From positions 1 to 26,709 of the IMG/VR virus record IMGVR_UViG_3300020045_005585: a stretch of 26,709 nt of DNA; one strand, written 5' to 3'. The first letter of the stretch is position 1, and each line of letters starts with the position of its first letter. Below the pieces are notes generated by a model that had not been told where the DNA came from, did not search any database, and saw nothing but the letters and a program-made list of their open reading frames with translations. Source of the DNA: a virus (Duplodnaviria > Caudoviricetes). Positions 1 to 9,248 of this stretch are shown piece after piece. Made by a program: the position numbers and the translations under genes.

Positions 1-2
1 GT

Positions 3-3000
3 TTGGCTCAGAAGTTTCGTGACGATCTAGACTTTATTCTTGACAATATTTACTCGTCGTCGCCTTTCTTTAAGAAGAAGACTGACGCGTGGTTAGAAAA
101 GAATACGGATGGATATTCGGATCTCACGGAAGGTGAGCGCCTCACTAGAGCTGCTGAAGAAGCCCTCGCAGAGATGTCTGAGAAGGGTCGCGTCCCTGCC
201 TCTTACACTAACAAGATTAAGAACAAGATCAAAGAATACGCTAGGGAGCTTGGGATCAACCTGAACTTCTCCGAAAGAGAGATCAGAACTATTCTCGACC
301 AAGCTCATGCTGCTGTGATCAACGGCAAGAGGGGTGACGTCTCGGGCAACGGCTTTAAGACGATGTCTTCTAAATCTGAAGAAGTCGATGCTGTCATCAA
401 CGATACTGCAAGACTCTTTGGTGTCACTAATATTGAAAAGGCTCTGACTGAACCTGACTTCCGGGCACAAGTTAAGATGTCTCTTGCGCAAGCGGGTATT
501 CCCACTTCTGCACTAGAGTCTAAGGCTTATCGTCCTATGGTTGTCTCTGACCTTCATAGTAAGCGTATAGCAGAGTACGAGAAACTCACCGATAGTTCAG
601 ATACTAAAAAACTGAATGACGCGATTGATTATCTTGATGAAGCTTACGCACAAGGTAGAAAAGATGTCGACGATCTTCAAGATACTCTTATTGAGCGTCT
701 AAGAAAAGTTGAAGAGTCTAGAAGCTCTTCGAATGACAATAAACCTGAAACCCCTAGAGAAGCAATCAGACGCCTTGCTGAGGCAGCAGATGTTCGAGCT
801 CAAAAAGTAGGGTTTGAAGATGAAAGACGTTTTGCTAATCGGAATACCAAAGTTTACAAACAATGGTTAGCTGAAAGCGAAAAGCTTGATAAAACAAGAG
901 ATAGTCTTTGGGAACAATATCAGACGATGAATAGTGACGGCTCTCCGGCCGGATCTAAGAGGCCTATGAAAGCTTCTGGAACTGGCTCTGAGGGGCCGCT
1001 GCAAGGTGGGACTCGTAGGGAAGATCCTGACGGGGTGGGCATTGGTCGTGTTCGGTCTAATCGTAATATCGACGATATCTTGAAGGAGAATGCTCCTGAA
1101 AGAACCAAGAAGACTTGGAACGATTGGATTGATGACGCTGGTCGTATCAAGATGACTGGCAAGGCTGCTCAGAACTTGGCGAGAGGCGCAGACGTACCTG
1201 AGCTTTTGGCCGCTGAAGAGTTTGCTATCAAAAGTGCTAACCGCATTTATGATCTGTCTAGAAAGACGGGCACTCTTACGGCCCGTGAACGTTTCGTCCT
1301 AGGACAGGAGCAGGAACGTCTTCGTAACGTCATTCAAAGCGTTAATGATTTGAAAGCTAACGCCGGACGTATTCTCAATGCTAGTAAGATCGAAGTCGGT
1401 ACTGATGCTGCGATGACTGATGCGATGCGGAGGATGCTTGCTACGGCTGATCTTACGACTCCTGCAGGTCGTGCCTCGGTAACTGCCGATATCGAGAAAG
1501 CCAAGGTGTCTGTGAAGCAGAAGCAGCGCTTGAACAAGATCAAGGACACAATAGGCAATATCCTTAATCTTCCTTTCGCCATGATGTCTACGTTAGATCT
1601 CTCGGCCCCGTTCAGACAGGGAAGAAGTCTCGTTCATACGAAAGCATTCTGGAAGAGCATTCTTCCTATGTTCGCTATGGCGGGCAGGGCTGAGAATTTC
1701 AGAGCTGTCATGAGAAGTATTCAAGACCGCCCGACTTTCAAACTGATGGAAGACAGCGGTTTGTTTCTTGCAGACGTGGGCAAACAACTTAACAAGCGTG
1801 AGGAACGCTTCATGTCTTCTTGGGCTTCTAAGATCCCGGGTTTCGGCAGAGCAGTACGTTTCTCTGAAAGAGGTTATGTAGGTTTCTTGAATAAGCTTCG
1901 TGCGGATACATTCGACGACCTCCTTCGTAAGATGGACGATATCGATCCTGCATTTAGACTTGATAAAGACCGTATGGAGAAGTTGGCTTCGTTTGTCAAC
2001 AACGCTACTGGCAGAGGTGACATTAAAGGTCTAGTAGAAGCTGGTCCTATTGTCAACGGGCTGTTCTTCTCTCCGCGGCTCTTGGCTTCGCGTCTCCAAT
2101 TGCTTAATCCTGTCTACTACGCCACCCTTCCTAAGGGGGTTCGTAAGGAGGCTGTTAAGTCCTTGCTGGCTACTGGCGGGCTGACTGCCACTCTGGGCGT
2201 TCTTGCTACGATGATGGGCGCCAATGTTGAAACTGATCCGAGATCTTCTGACTTTATGAAGATCAGAGTAGGTGACACAAGGTACGATACTCTAGGCGGT
2301 TTTGGCCAGTATGTTACACTGGGGGCTCGTCTCTATAGCGGTGAGACTAAGAACGCTAAAAAGGACATCGTAGAGCTCGGTAAGAAGTTCGGTAGCGATA
2401 CCCGTTGGGACGTTGCTATTGATTTCATGGCTAATAAGTTCTCTCCTCTCGCCAGCCTTGTAAAGGATTGGATGAAGGGGAAAGACTTCGAAGGTAAACC
2501 GTTTGAAATGAAGAAGGAAATCCTGAAAAGGTTTATTCCTCTTTTCGCACAAGACGTCATCGAAGCTACTGAAAAAGAAGGTGTCACTGGCGCAGTTAAG
2601 ACTGCTCCTGCTTTCTTCGGGGTCGGCGCTCAGACTTATCCTTCTCCTGACGGTACTGACGTACTAGGAAGATCTTACGAGGCTGAACGGGAGGAAACTC
2701 CCGGGACTGCTGAGATCGCTCGCCTCGAAGAGGTAATGGGTAAGCCTATCGTCAATGCACCTAAGAAAACTATCGGCGATAAAAAGCTGACTGAAGAAGA
2801 GTTCTTGCAATACCAAGAGCTTGCAGGTGGTTGGATTAGACAATCCGTAGAGGAGGAAATGAATACTCCCGAGTGGGAGACTTACTCTGATGAAGAGAAG
2901 GTCGACATCATCCGGGATATCGCAAAAGACATGCGGGCCAATGCCCGTGACGAACTGTTCTCACAGGAAGAGGAATCGGAGGCGGAAGCCGAAGAGGAGG

Positions 3001-3020
3001 ACGAATGGGAGAATTTTTAA
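3..3020 (+). CDS. Large virion protein, probably an internal/ejection protein; likely truncated at the window's left edge
   Basis: Open frame of over 1000 codons from the window edge, largely helical and charged, with one hydrophobic stretch (LLATGGLTATLGVLATMMG) and an acidic tail. It is the last gene before the lysis cassette. Function is inferred from size and position. Confidence 0.55.
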   Translation: MAQKFRDDLDFILDNIYSSSPFFKKKTDAWLEKNTDGYSDLTEGERLTRAAEEALAEMSEKGRVPASYTNKIKNKIKEYARELGINLNFSEREIRTILDQAHAAVINGKRGDVSGNGFKTMSSKSEEVDAVINDTARLFGVTNIEKALTEPDFRAQVKMSLAQAGIPTSALESKAYRPMVVSDLHSKRIAEYEKLTDSSDTKKLNDAIDYLDEAYAQGRKDVDDLQDTLIERLRKVEESRSSSNDNKPETPREAIRRLAEAADVRAQKVGFEDERRFANRNTKVYKQWLAESEKLDKTRDSLWEQYQTMNSDGSPAGSKRPMKASGTGSEGPLQGGTRREDPDGVGIGRVRSNRNIDDILKENAPERTKKTWNDWIDDAGRIKMTGKAAQNLARGADVPELLAAEEFAIKSANRIYDLSRKTGTLTARERFVLGQEQERLRNVIQSVNDLKANAGRILNASKIEVGTDAAMTDAMRRMLATADLTTPAGRASVTADIEKAKVSVKQKQRLNKIKDTIGNILNLPFAMMSTLDLSAPFRQGRSLVHTKAFWKSILPMFAMAGRAENFRAVMRSIQDRPTFKLMEDSGLFLADVGKQLNKREERFMSSWASKIPGFGRAVRFSERGYVGFLNKLRADTFDDLLRKMDDIDPAFRLDKDRMEKLASFVNNATGRGDIKGLVEAGPIVNGLFFSPRLLASRLQLLNPVYYATLPKGVRKEAVKSLLATGGLTATLGVLATMMGANVETDPRSSDFMKIRVGDTRYDTLGGFGQYVTLGARLYSGETKNAKKDIVELGKKFGSDTRWDVAIDFMANKFSPLASLVKDWMKGKDFEGKPFEMKKEILKRFIPLFAQDVIEATEKEGVTGAVKTAPAFFGVGAQTYPSPDGTDVLGRSYEAEREETPGTAEIARLEEVMGKPIVNAPKKTIGDKKLTEEEFLQYQELAGGWIRQSVEEEMNTPEWETYSDEEKVDIIRDIAKDMRANARDELFSQEEESEAEAEEEDEWENF

Positions 3021-3032
3021 CTAGGGGTAACT

Positions 3033-3248
3033 ATGCCGATGAGAGAAATCGAAACAGCCGAGAGAATTGCAGTGCTTGAGCTACAAGTCAAACTCTTACA
3101 GCTTACTGTAGAGAGTACTAATACTAAACTAGACGAGCTCTTGACGCTGCGATCTAAGGGGGTGGGGGCCTTTTGGTTGGCCTCCGCTCTCTTCGGGACT
3201 GGTGTAGTCGGTGTTCTAACCGCGTTTGTTTCGTGGGTGAGAGGGTAA
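3033..3248 (+). CDS. Putative holin (coiled-coil plus one C-terminal transmembrane helix)
   Basis: 71 aa; N-terminal coiled coil (ERIAVLELQVKLLQ) and C-terminal hydrophobic segment (GAFWLASALFGTGVVGVLTAFVSW); directly upstream of the endolysin; AGGGG RBS. Confidence 0.6.
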   Translation: MPMREIETAERIAVLELQVKLLQLTVESTNTKLDELLTLRSKGVGAFWLASALFGTGVVGVLTAFVSWVRG

Positions 3249-3259
3249 GGAGATGATAG

Positions 3260-3730
3260 ATGTCTAAGCGAAAACCTATTGCAGCACTAGCTGCTACACT
3301 TCTTATCGCCACTCCCTTCATTGGAACTTGGGAAGGAAAAGTAAATGATCCCTATAAAGATATTGCGGGTATTCCTACCGTTTGTTATGGAGAGACTCGT
3401 GTCCCTATGCGTCGATATACTGACGCCGAGTGTAAAGAAATGCTCGAGGAAGCTGTATCGGAATTTGCGGCTCCGGTACTTAAAGCGACTCCGACGCTCG
3501 CGGACAAGCCCTACGCTTTAGCTGCGGCTACTAGTCTGGCGTATAACATCGGAGTAGGAAGCTATAACGGTTCAACCGCGAGGAAGAGATTCCTCAAAGG
3601 CGACATCAAAGGGGGTTGTTCTGCCCTACGGTTTTGGGATAAGGCTAGAGTAAATGGTAAACTTCAAACAGTCAAAGGTTTGGCTAATAGAAGGACTGCG
3701 GAGTACAATATCTGTGTTAAAGACGTATAG
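3260..3730 (+). CDS. GH24 lysozyme, probable SAR endolysin
   Basis: Catalytic E-x8-D-x5-T triad in WEGKVNDPYKDIAGIPTVCYG and C-terminal GLANRR motif. Basic residues followed by a weakly hydrophobic Ala-rich N-terminus are typical of SAR anchors. AAGGAG RBS. Confidence 0.9.
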   Translation: MSKRKPIAALAATLLIATPFIGTWEGKVNDPYKDIAGIPTVCYGETRVPMRRYTDAECKEMLEEAVSEFAAPVLKATPTLADKPYALAAATSLAYNIGVGSYNGSTARKRFLKGDIKGGCSALRFWDKARVNGKLQTVKGLANRRTAEYNICVKDV

Positions 3731-4187
3731 TGCATATATATTAGCTGCTGCGCTGGCAGCTAGTTCATTAATGTTGTACGTTACAAACTTAAAACTTGAA
3801 ACGTCTAAAGCGCAGGTCGTAGCGGAGAGACAGAAGGTTGAGACTGTCACTGCTAATTGTAAAGCCGCGGCCAGTGAGGCTAAGGCTAAGAATATTGAAG
3901 AGGTAAAGAAAATTGAAGATGGTTATGAAAAGAAGGCAGAAGAATCTGACGTTCGGCTTGCTGACTTGCGTAAGCAGTTTAATGCTAATCTCTTGCAGTA
4001 CGCCAGCAAAGCTAGAGGTTCGTCCGGGAGTGTGCGTCTATCCAGCATTTCCCCAATTGCCGCAAGCGGCTACATTGCCGGTGACAGTACCGAAATTTCT
4101 ATTACCTTCGAAGACGCAGGAATCTGCGCAGAAAACACTGCCCGGCTCCAAGCCGTAAAGGAATGGGCAGATAAAATTAATCAGTAA
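3714..4187 (+). CDS. i-spanin (Rz-like)
   Basis: N-terminal TM segment (AYILAAALAASSLMLYV), then coiled coil and Cys residues. GTG at 3714 with upstream GGAG is preferred over the ORF-track start at 3654. Confidence 0.75.
   Translation: MLKTYSAYILAAALAASSLMLYVTNLKLETSKAQVVAERQKVETVTANCKAAASEAKAKNIEEVKKIEDGYEKKAEESDVRLADLRKQFNANLLQYASKARGSSGSVRLSSISPIAASGYIAGDSTEISITFEDAGICAENTARLQAVKEWADKINQ
3925..4158 (+). CDS. o-spanin lipoprotein (Rz1-like), embedded in the +1 frame of the i-spanin
   Basis: MKRRQK basic N-region, hydrophobic core, lipobox LISC and Pro-rich mature part; fully nested in the i-spanin, as in lambda Rz/Rz1. Confidence 0.7.
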   Translation: MKRRQKNLTFGLLTCVSSLMLISCSTPAKLEVRPGVCVYPAFPQLPQAATLPVTVPKFLLPSKTQESAQKTLPGSKP

Positions 4188-4191
4188 ACAC

Positions 4192-4245
4192 AAAAAGCCG
4201 CTAGAGGAAAGGATCACTCCAATCTTCTAGCGGCTTTTCTTTTAT
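4192..4245. terminator. Bidirectional rho-independent terminator between the two genome arms
   Basis: AAAAGCCGCTAGA...TCTAGCGGCTTTT inverted repeat with an A-tract before and a T-tract after, between convergent stops at 4187 and 4246. Confidence 0.9.
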
Positions 4246-4659
4246 TTATTCGACATTGCCGATCGCGTCTTGCCAAAGAAGATACAACTCGTTATCGGTT
4301 GCATTGTTCTTTAACATATTTGCTCGATAAGAAATAATTCGAACATTACCGGGAATGTATCCTTTAGAACTGTCTATTCGATCAAGAGAAGGTTTAATCA
4401 TACGTGTTTTCAACACGGGACAAATATCTGGAATTTCAGGAATATCTTCAAGAGTTATTGTGACTTCCCATTTGCCTCTGCTGCGAGCCCTGTCAAGCAT
4501 CTTTCTTTTGTAAGATTTCTGCTTCCAATCTTTTCTAGACCGGGGAACACGACAAGACTTGCAATGAGGGTAGAGACCATTCTTACCGTTTTTGAAAGGA
4601 GAGAAGGCCGAAGCCTCCTTATACCCCTCGCAAGATTTACACACTCGCCCCTCAGTCAA
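4246..4659 (-). CDS. HNH-like (His-Me finger) free-standing homing endonuclease
   Basis: N-terminal CxxC...CxxC; core CPVL...PSLDRIDSSKGYIPGNVRIISYRANMLKN. Confidence 0.75.
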   Translation of the reverse strand: MTEGRVCKSCEGYKEASAFSPFKNGKNGLYPHCKSCRVPRSRKDWKQKSYKRKMLDRARSRGKWEVTITLEDIPEIPDICPVLKTRMIKPSLDRIDSSKGYIPGNVRIISYRANMLKNNATDNELYLLWQDAIGNVE

Positions 4660-6586
4660 CTATGTGCCCGATCGAAACCACTTCGCAGATTCCGGCACTG
4701 CAACTAAGCTCTTGCGATCCTGTAGTCGCATCTTCCTTCTCATAGAGCCGTAGGTCGTCCCAATTGATAGCGGGTGTTGGGTGTGCTTCGACCCATGCCT
4801 TGTATTCGACCTCTGATACCTCCGTATACGGGGCCTGCTTGTAGGAACCTCCGTCGTAAGGAAGGAATGAAACACCAGATAGCGTATCAAAGTTTTTATA
4901 AACCCAGGCACCAACTTCAGGCCACTCCTCTTCTTTTACGTTAATTGTAGCGGAAGGCTTGTGCTCACACCAGTTATCTTGGAGATGTTTCCAGAGCTCG
5001 AGAGCCTCTAGGGCAGTCTGGTCGTGCCGGGTGACTGCGCTAGCAGGTGCGGCCTTGGGGAAGAAGAAGACACTAGTATTGAGTGGGGACATGACGTCTC
5101 CCTCCCAGTAGACTCCCGCATCTTTGAGAAACATCGTGAGAGGGTCTTTGTTATCCGCACGGACAGTTCGAATATAATAAGGACTGTGCCGAGTATGAAG
5201 CCCAGAAGCAGAATCAACCAACTGAGAGACAGTACCAGAGGGCTTAACACAAGTAGTGGCAACAGACGGGGCCACGCCAAGACGAGCCGCCCATTCGACA
5301 TTTGTTTCAATGACGACTTGCTTAATGATAGCGAGTGTGTCAGCGTCTCCAAGGAGAGAGAGGTTATCGCAGACACCGGTGAGGCTAACCCCGAGAAGAC
5401 GTTCTTCATTGCATGTATCCTGCCATTTCTTTCTTAGGTACTTGAAGTCTGTGAAAGAGCTTTGTATCGTTCCAAGTATACTTGCAACTCGTGCCTTTCT
5501 TTTGAGGCTATCCAAGCTATCTGTTGATCTGACAACAATTTCGGTAAGGTTGCAAAACTGGAATGGCCTAAGGATAATTTCACTGCAAGGGTTTGTGCCG
5601 AACTCATGCGTCGGGTCACGGCGTCCATTTCGTCCAGCAACAGCTTGACAAGCATAGCGTGAGAAGAGACCGGGCTCTCCTGAATGCGACTCATATATCT
5701 CTGTCCATTTGTTCATGAAGAAGCCAACATCTGGCCTACGGTTGTCGTAGACAGCAGAGTTATTTGCCAGACGGCGGTGGCCATTTTGTTCCCACCATGC
5801 TCCTGACTTTGCTTTCGAAAGGCGGTCGTCCGTACAGTCGAACAAAGAGATCATGGCTGAACGGCGTACACCACCAACCACCACGATGTCTGCAATCTTG
5901 CACATCAGATCGTGGCATTCGAGAGGCGTTAGCCTTCTTCCGGCTGCCGTTCTAAAGAGGCGAACAGTGAACTCGAAAAGGTCCTCCAAAGGTCGGGGGC
6001 CTGAAGCACGTCCACCAAAAGTTTTGAGTCTCGCTCCGGCAGGGCGTACTCGAGACACGTCCCATTTGGGAACGCGACCACCAACAAGGAGAGAGATGAG
6101 CTCTCGGAAGCTTCTTGCCCATCCTTCTTTACTGTCTCCAACCACAATTGTAGTATCGGTTGATTCGAGGGATTCTGCGATTCGAGGGAGTTGGTCAGTA
6201 TATTTACTTTCTACAGAGAAGCCGACGCCGGTGCCACACATCAGAATCAGCATGCATTCGTCGAAGCTTCGGAGGGAATCTACCGGAAGGTAGGCACAAT
6301 TATAACTACAGACGTCATTAGCGTCTAGAGCTTTGCCAGCAGTCATCAAAGATCTCATGCTTGGCATTGTTTCTAGGTTGTGAATTGATACATAAATATC
6401 AATCCAGTCTTGTTCAGTTCCAATCCAGTTTGTTCTTTCGCCGTAGTAATTGACGAGACGACTAACTGTTTCAGGCCACTTCTCTCTACGGCCTTCTTTC
6501 TCGATCCATTTGGAATAACGAGAAACAAAGATGAATTTTTCGTAGTCAGACGGGAATGGATCAGGAAGTTCTGGGAGCTTAATCAA
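4652..6586 (-). CDS. nrdJ: Class II (adenosylcobalamin-dependent) ribonucleotide reductase
   Basis: Motifs SYNCAY, VGGVRRSA, finger loop TNPCSEI, TTCVKPSGTVSQL and C-terminal CSAGIC redox pair; no small subunit nearby. Confidence 0.92.
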   Translation of the reverse strand: MIKLPELPDPFPSDYEKFIFVSRYSKWIEKEGRREKWPETVSRLVNYYGERTNWIGTEQDWIDIYVSIHNLETMPSMRSLMTAGKALDANDVCSYNCAYLPVDSLRSFDECMLILMCGTGVGFSVESKYTDQLPRIAESLESTDTTIVVGDSKEGWARSFRELISLLVGGRVPKWDVSRVRPAGARLKTFGGRASGPRPLEDLFEFTVRLFRTAAGRRLTPLECHDLMCKIADIVVVGGVRRSAMISLFDCTDDRLSKAKSGAWWEQNGHRRLANNSAVYDNRRPDVGFFMNKWTEIYESHSGEPGLFSRYACQAVAGRNGRRDPTHEFGTNPCSEIILRPFQFCNLTEIVVRSTDSLDSLKRKARVASILGTIQSSFTDFKYLRKKWQDTCNEERLLGVSLTGVCDNLSLLGDADTLAIIKQVVIETNVEWAARLGVAPSVATTCVKPSGTVSQLVDSASGLHTRHSPYYIRTVRADNKDPLTMFLKDAGVYWEGDVMSPLNTSVFFFPKAAPASAVTRHDQTALEALELWKHLQDNWCEHKPSATINVKEEEWPEVGAWVYKNFDTLSGVSFLPYDGGSYKQAPYTEVSEVEYKAWVEAHPTPAINWDDLRLYEKEDATTGSQELSCSAGICEVVSIGHIVD

Positions 6587-6920
6587 TGTGTGTTCTTATC
6601 CTATGACAGTTAGCGCAGAGAACTCTGCATTTTCTTATTTCGTGGAAGAGGCTTTTAAGAGTTCCTCTATCTGTTCGATGAGAAATCGTAAACTTCTTCG
6701 TGCTTGGATCTATGTGATCAAAATCAAGAGCTACTGCATGTTTATTATAACTACAATACTCACAGCCTTTGGCAACCTTATATTTACTGATCCAGTATAA
6801 ACGCCGCAGACGACGAGGTTTCCAGAAATCAATATGTTTCTGTATCCTCTCTTCTCTTAGCCTTTCTTTATGCTTTTCTCGCCACGCTCTTCCATATTCA
6901 GTTGAGCAAGCTGCCATCAA
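6579..6920 (-). CDS. HNH endonuclease
   Basis: GCEYC...LDFDHID...KCRVLCANCHRIRT. Confidence 0.85.
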   Translation of the reverse strand: MMAACSTEYGRAWREKHKERLREERIQKHIDFWKPRRLRRLYWISKYKVAKGCEYCSYNKHAVALDFDHIDPSTKKFTISHRTDRGTLKSLFHEIRKCRVLCANCHRIRTHID

Positions 6921-7083
6921 TTCGCCTAATCTGTTTATCGCTTACAATCATCTGGAAGTGTTGAGGAAGAACCTCTACAACATACCGAGTCTTGCCTGCT
7001 AGGGTTTTATAGACACAAACGACGATACCCTCGTAGAGAGCATCGCCGCTGTATTTTTCTACTTTATCGCCAACTTCAATCAC
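6898..7083 (-). CDS. Small SH3/KOW-like hypothetical protein
   Basis: 61 aa; VGDKV...YEGIVV...RYVVE beta-barrel pattern; overlaps both neighbours. Confidence 0.6.
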   Translation of the reverse strand: MIEVGDKVEKYSGDALYEGIVVCVYKTLAGKTRYVVEVLPQHFQMIVSDKQIRRIDGSLLN

Positions 7084-7451
7084 AGACCGGACATATCCGC
7101 TTTGACGTAGTTGTCAGGCTTTAGGATCTTGCCGTCATGTCGGTACTTGATTACACCGTCTACGACCTTAGTCATGTTATTCTCAGAGACTCTACGGAAG
7201 GCCTCTTCGAGATTGACTTGATAGCGTACAGCCAACTGAGAGAGAGTGTACTGTACGTCAGCCATCTCCTTGATGAACTCTGCTCTTGTTTCTACGGAAG
7301 GGTTCATCATGTAGGCTGTGCCCGCCTCGTACATTTCGTCTGTCTCTTCGTCGAAACAAACCCAGGCTGTCTTCTCAGCCAGCTCTTTGGGATTGGCGTC
7401 TACGAACTCTTGTACGTAGTCTTCTCTTGTCTTAGTCTTCATAAAGCTCAT
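7080..7451 (-). CDS. All-alpha NTP pyrophosphohydrolase (MazG/PRA-PH/DR2231-like)
   Basis: EETDE...KEMADVQY metal-binding motif and AFRRVSENNMTK...DGKILKPDNY; start moved to ATG 7451. Confidence 0.8.
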   Translation of the reverse strand: MSFMKTKTREDYVQEFVDANPKELAEKTAWVCFDEETDEMYEAGTAYMMNPSVETRAEFIKEMADVQYTLSQLAVRYQVNLEEAFRRVSENNMTKVVDGVIKYRHDGKILKPDNYVKADMSGL

Positions 7452-7578
7452 CGGTATACGGGTTGTTGTCAGGATGGCTCCGGCCCTTTCTAGGGTACCG
7501 GAGATCCTTTTCTTGCTTAGTCTCACGACGAATCTTTCGTCGCTCTTTCTCTTCGTAGGCGCGAATGCCCTTAACCAT
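7432..7578 (-). CDS. 48-aa hypothetical protein absent from the ORF track
   Basis: MVKGIRAYEEKERRKIRRE...DELYED*; ATG overlaps the upstream TAA (TAATG) and the ORF fills the gap. Confidence 0.55.
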   Translation of the reverse strand: MVKGIRAYEEKERRKIRRETKQEKDLRYPRKGRSHPDNNPYTDELYED

Positions 7579-7814
7579 TACAGACTTTCATTATAGTCAA
7601 ATTTAGCCAATAGTTTTAGATAGTGGATGGCTTTTTTAAGGTCTTCGAGACCTCCCTTGTCGCGAAAGCGTACAGTATATTTTACTACTGACGCTTGGCA
7701 TTGGTCAAGTTTATTAGCCATGGAAAACTCGATAGGCTGAATCGAGTATCCTTTGTAATGATCACCGCCTTCCTGAATGTCAAGAGGATTAGTTGTAACC
7801 AAGTTCAGCCTCAT
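7578..7814 (-). CDS. DUF3310 / T7 gp1.7-like nucleotide kinase family protein
   Basis: QEGGDHYK...IQPIEF...VVKYTVRFRDKGGLEDLKKAIHYL signature; start is ATG 7814 or TTG 7802. Confidence 0.8.
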   Translation of the reverse strand: MRLNLVTTNPLDIQEGGDHYKGYSIQPIEFSMANKLDQCQASVVKYTVRFRDKGGLEDLKKAIHYLKLLAKFDYNESL

Positions 7815-7959
7815 AAAGAGTGAGGTCTTCTTTATCGTCATAGACGACATTGAGGTAATCGTTTTGGAGTTTACGTTTAGCCTCGTACAATTGATTGAAC
7901 TCTTCTTCGGTTACGGAGATAGTGTCTTCCCCATTTCCAATCCAAAAGTAAAATCCCAT
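7789..7959 (-). CDS. Small hypothetical protein
   Basis: MGFYFWIGNGEDTISVTEEEFNQLYE...; fills the gap between neighbours. Confidence 0.5.
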   Translation of the reverse strand: MGFYFWIGNGEDTISVTEEEFNQLYEAKRKLQNDYLNVVYDDKEDLTLYEAELGYN

Positions 7960-7966
7960 TTCCAGA

Positions 7967-8173
7967 TTACTCTGTTCCAACTTCGTCTTCTTCCTCGGGG
8001 TCGTACCCGGCATGTTCTAGCAGTTCGTCGAGACGGTCCTCGACCATGTCTTCAAAGGCGTCTACAATAGCCTCTGTATTGATCTCTAGTAGGTCTACTA
8101 GATCCCAAGCATCAAAGTAGTCAGTCAAGACCTTTTTGATTTCATCGTTCATTTTCATCGGATCACCAAACAT
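7967..8173 (-). CDS. Small acidic hypothetical protein
   Basis: DLVDLLEINTEAIVDAFEDMVEDRLDELL helical acidic pattern; ends EEEDEVGTE; start uncertain (8173, 8158 or 8152). Confidence 0.65.
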   Translation of the reverse strand: MFGDPMKMNDEIKKVLTDYFDAWDLVDLLEINTEAIVDAFEDMVEDRLDELLEHAGYDPEEEDEVGTE

Positions 8174-8199
8174 TTCATGTCACTTCTTTCTCGTTACCC

Positions 8200-8922
8200 T
8201 TAGACTTTGCTACGCGTTCCTTCAAACCAACTTCCACAACTTTGGCAGTGGAGACGTTGTATCTTGAAGCTACGAGTTCGGCGGAATCCTCTAGACTGCA
8301 CCCTTGTTGAACCGCAAGCTCCACACGAAGTCTTGTCAGTCTTTTCTCCAAGGACCGGATGGTTGGCAATAAACGGCACGATTCGTTTGTAGAGCTGTTC
8401 CGTGAGGATGATGTCTCCAACGTTGTATTTCTCCATTCGTTTCTGAGCTTTGCCGTCACCTTCCATGACCTTAACCCAAAGAGAGAAACCTTCGTTGGCT
8501 ACCTTCTTACCGATCTGAAGCAACGGTCCGATATAAGCGAGCTTGTTGCTTTGGAACCCTAGCTTCCTTACGGCCTTCAAAAGGTCGATAGAGGTAACAG
8601 GAGGAGGAGGTGACAAACCTGCGAGGAGGAATTCACCCATCAGTTTTCGTAGATCGAAAGAGTCTCCGTTATAAGAGACGACTGCATCGGCTTCGGAGAT
8701 CAGTCTATGGGCTGCTTCAATCATTCCCTTGTGACCGTCGGTCCAATCACTATGGAAGTGGATCTCCTTCTCACCTAGGAACTTAGCAGCGAAGCAGATA
8801 GGGGCAGAAGGAGCCACAATCTGATTGATACCAATATTCTGTTTGAACAATCCGAATGTATAGACTAGGGCAGGCTTAGTCTCAATGTCGATAGTGAGGA
8901 TACGCCCTGTTGGCTTACTCAA
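8200..8922 (-). CDS. RNase H-fold (DEDD) 3'-5' exonuclease with C-terminal Zn ribbon
   Basis: ExoI TIDIET, ExoII SYNGDSFD, ExoIII YNVGD; CGAC...CQSC. Confidence 0.85.
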   Translation of the reverse strand: MSKPTGRILTIDIETKPALVYTFGLFKQNIGINQIVAPSAPICFAAKFLGEKEIHFHSDWTDGHKGMIEAAHRLISEADAVVSYNGDSFDLRKLMGEFLLAGLSPPPPVTSIDLLKAVRKLGFQSNKLAYIGPLLQIGKKVANEGFSLWVKVMEGDGKAQKRMEKYNVGDIILTEQLYKRIVPFIANHPVLGEKTDKTSCGACGSTRVQSRGFRRTRSFKIQRLHCQSCGSWFEGTRSKV

Positions 8923-9248
8923 GTAATTTTCCCTTTAGGTTTCGTTTTCCTCTTACGAGGGGGTCGCGGAGGAACGAACCAACCAGTTCCTCTATCGAGA
9001 TACTCGGCCATTCGTAGGAGGAGCGAACTATCCGTGTGCCGTCCGATGATTCGATGATTACAGTAGTTGCAGAGAGCCCCCCTGACTTCCCCGGTTTTGT
9101 GATTGTGATCGACTGCAAGGTTTGTTTTGAAGTCTGTAGACGGTCTAAGACAGATCGCACAGCTTCCGTTTTGGCGTTCCAAGAGTTCATTGTACTGGTC
9201 TAACGTGATCCCGTAGAGTCTTTTTAGATGTCTTTCTCTTGGTGTCAA
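8919..9248 (-). CDS. Endonuclease VII-like protein (resolvase or homing endonuclease)
   Basis: YGITLDQY...QNGSCAIC...LAVDHNHKTGEVRGALCNYCN. Confidence 0.88.
   Translation of the reverse strand: MTPRERHLKRLYGITLDQYNELLERQNGSCAICLRPSTDFKTNLAVDHNHKTGEVRGALCNYCNHRIIGRHTDSSLLLRMAEYLDRGTGWFVPPRPPRKRKTKPKGKIT

Noticed and set aside
8915-9190. 91-aa ORF nested in the EndoVII gene
   Set aside because: No RBS or recognisable motif; cannot be supported without conservation data.
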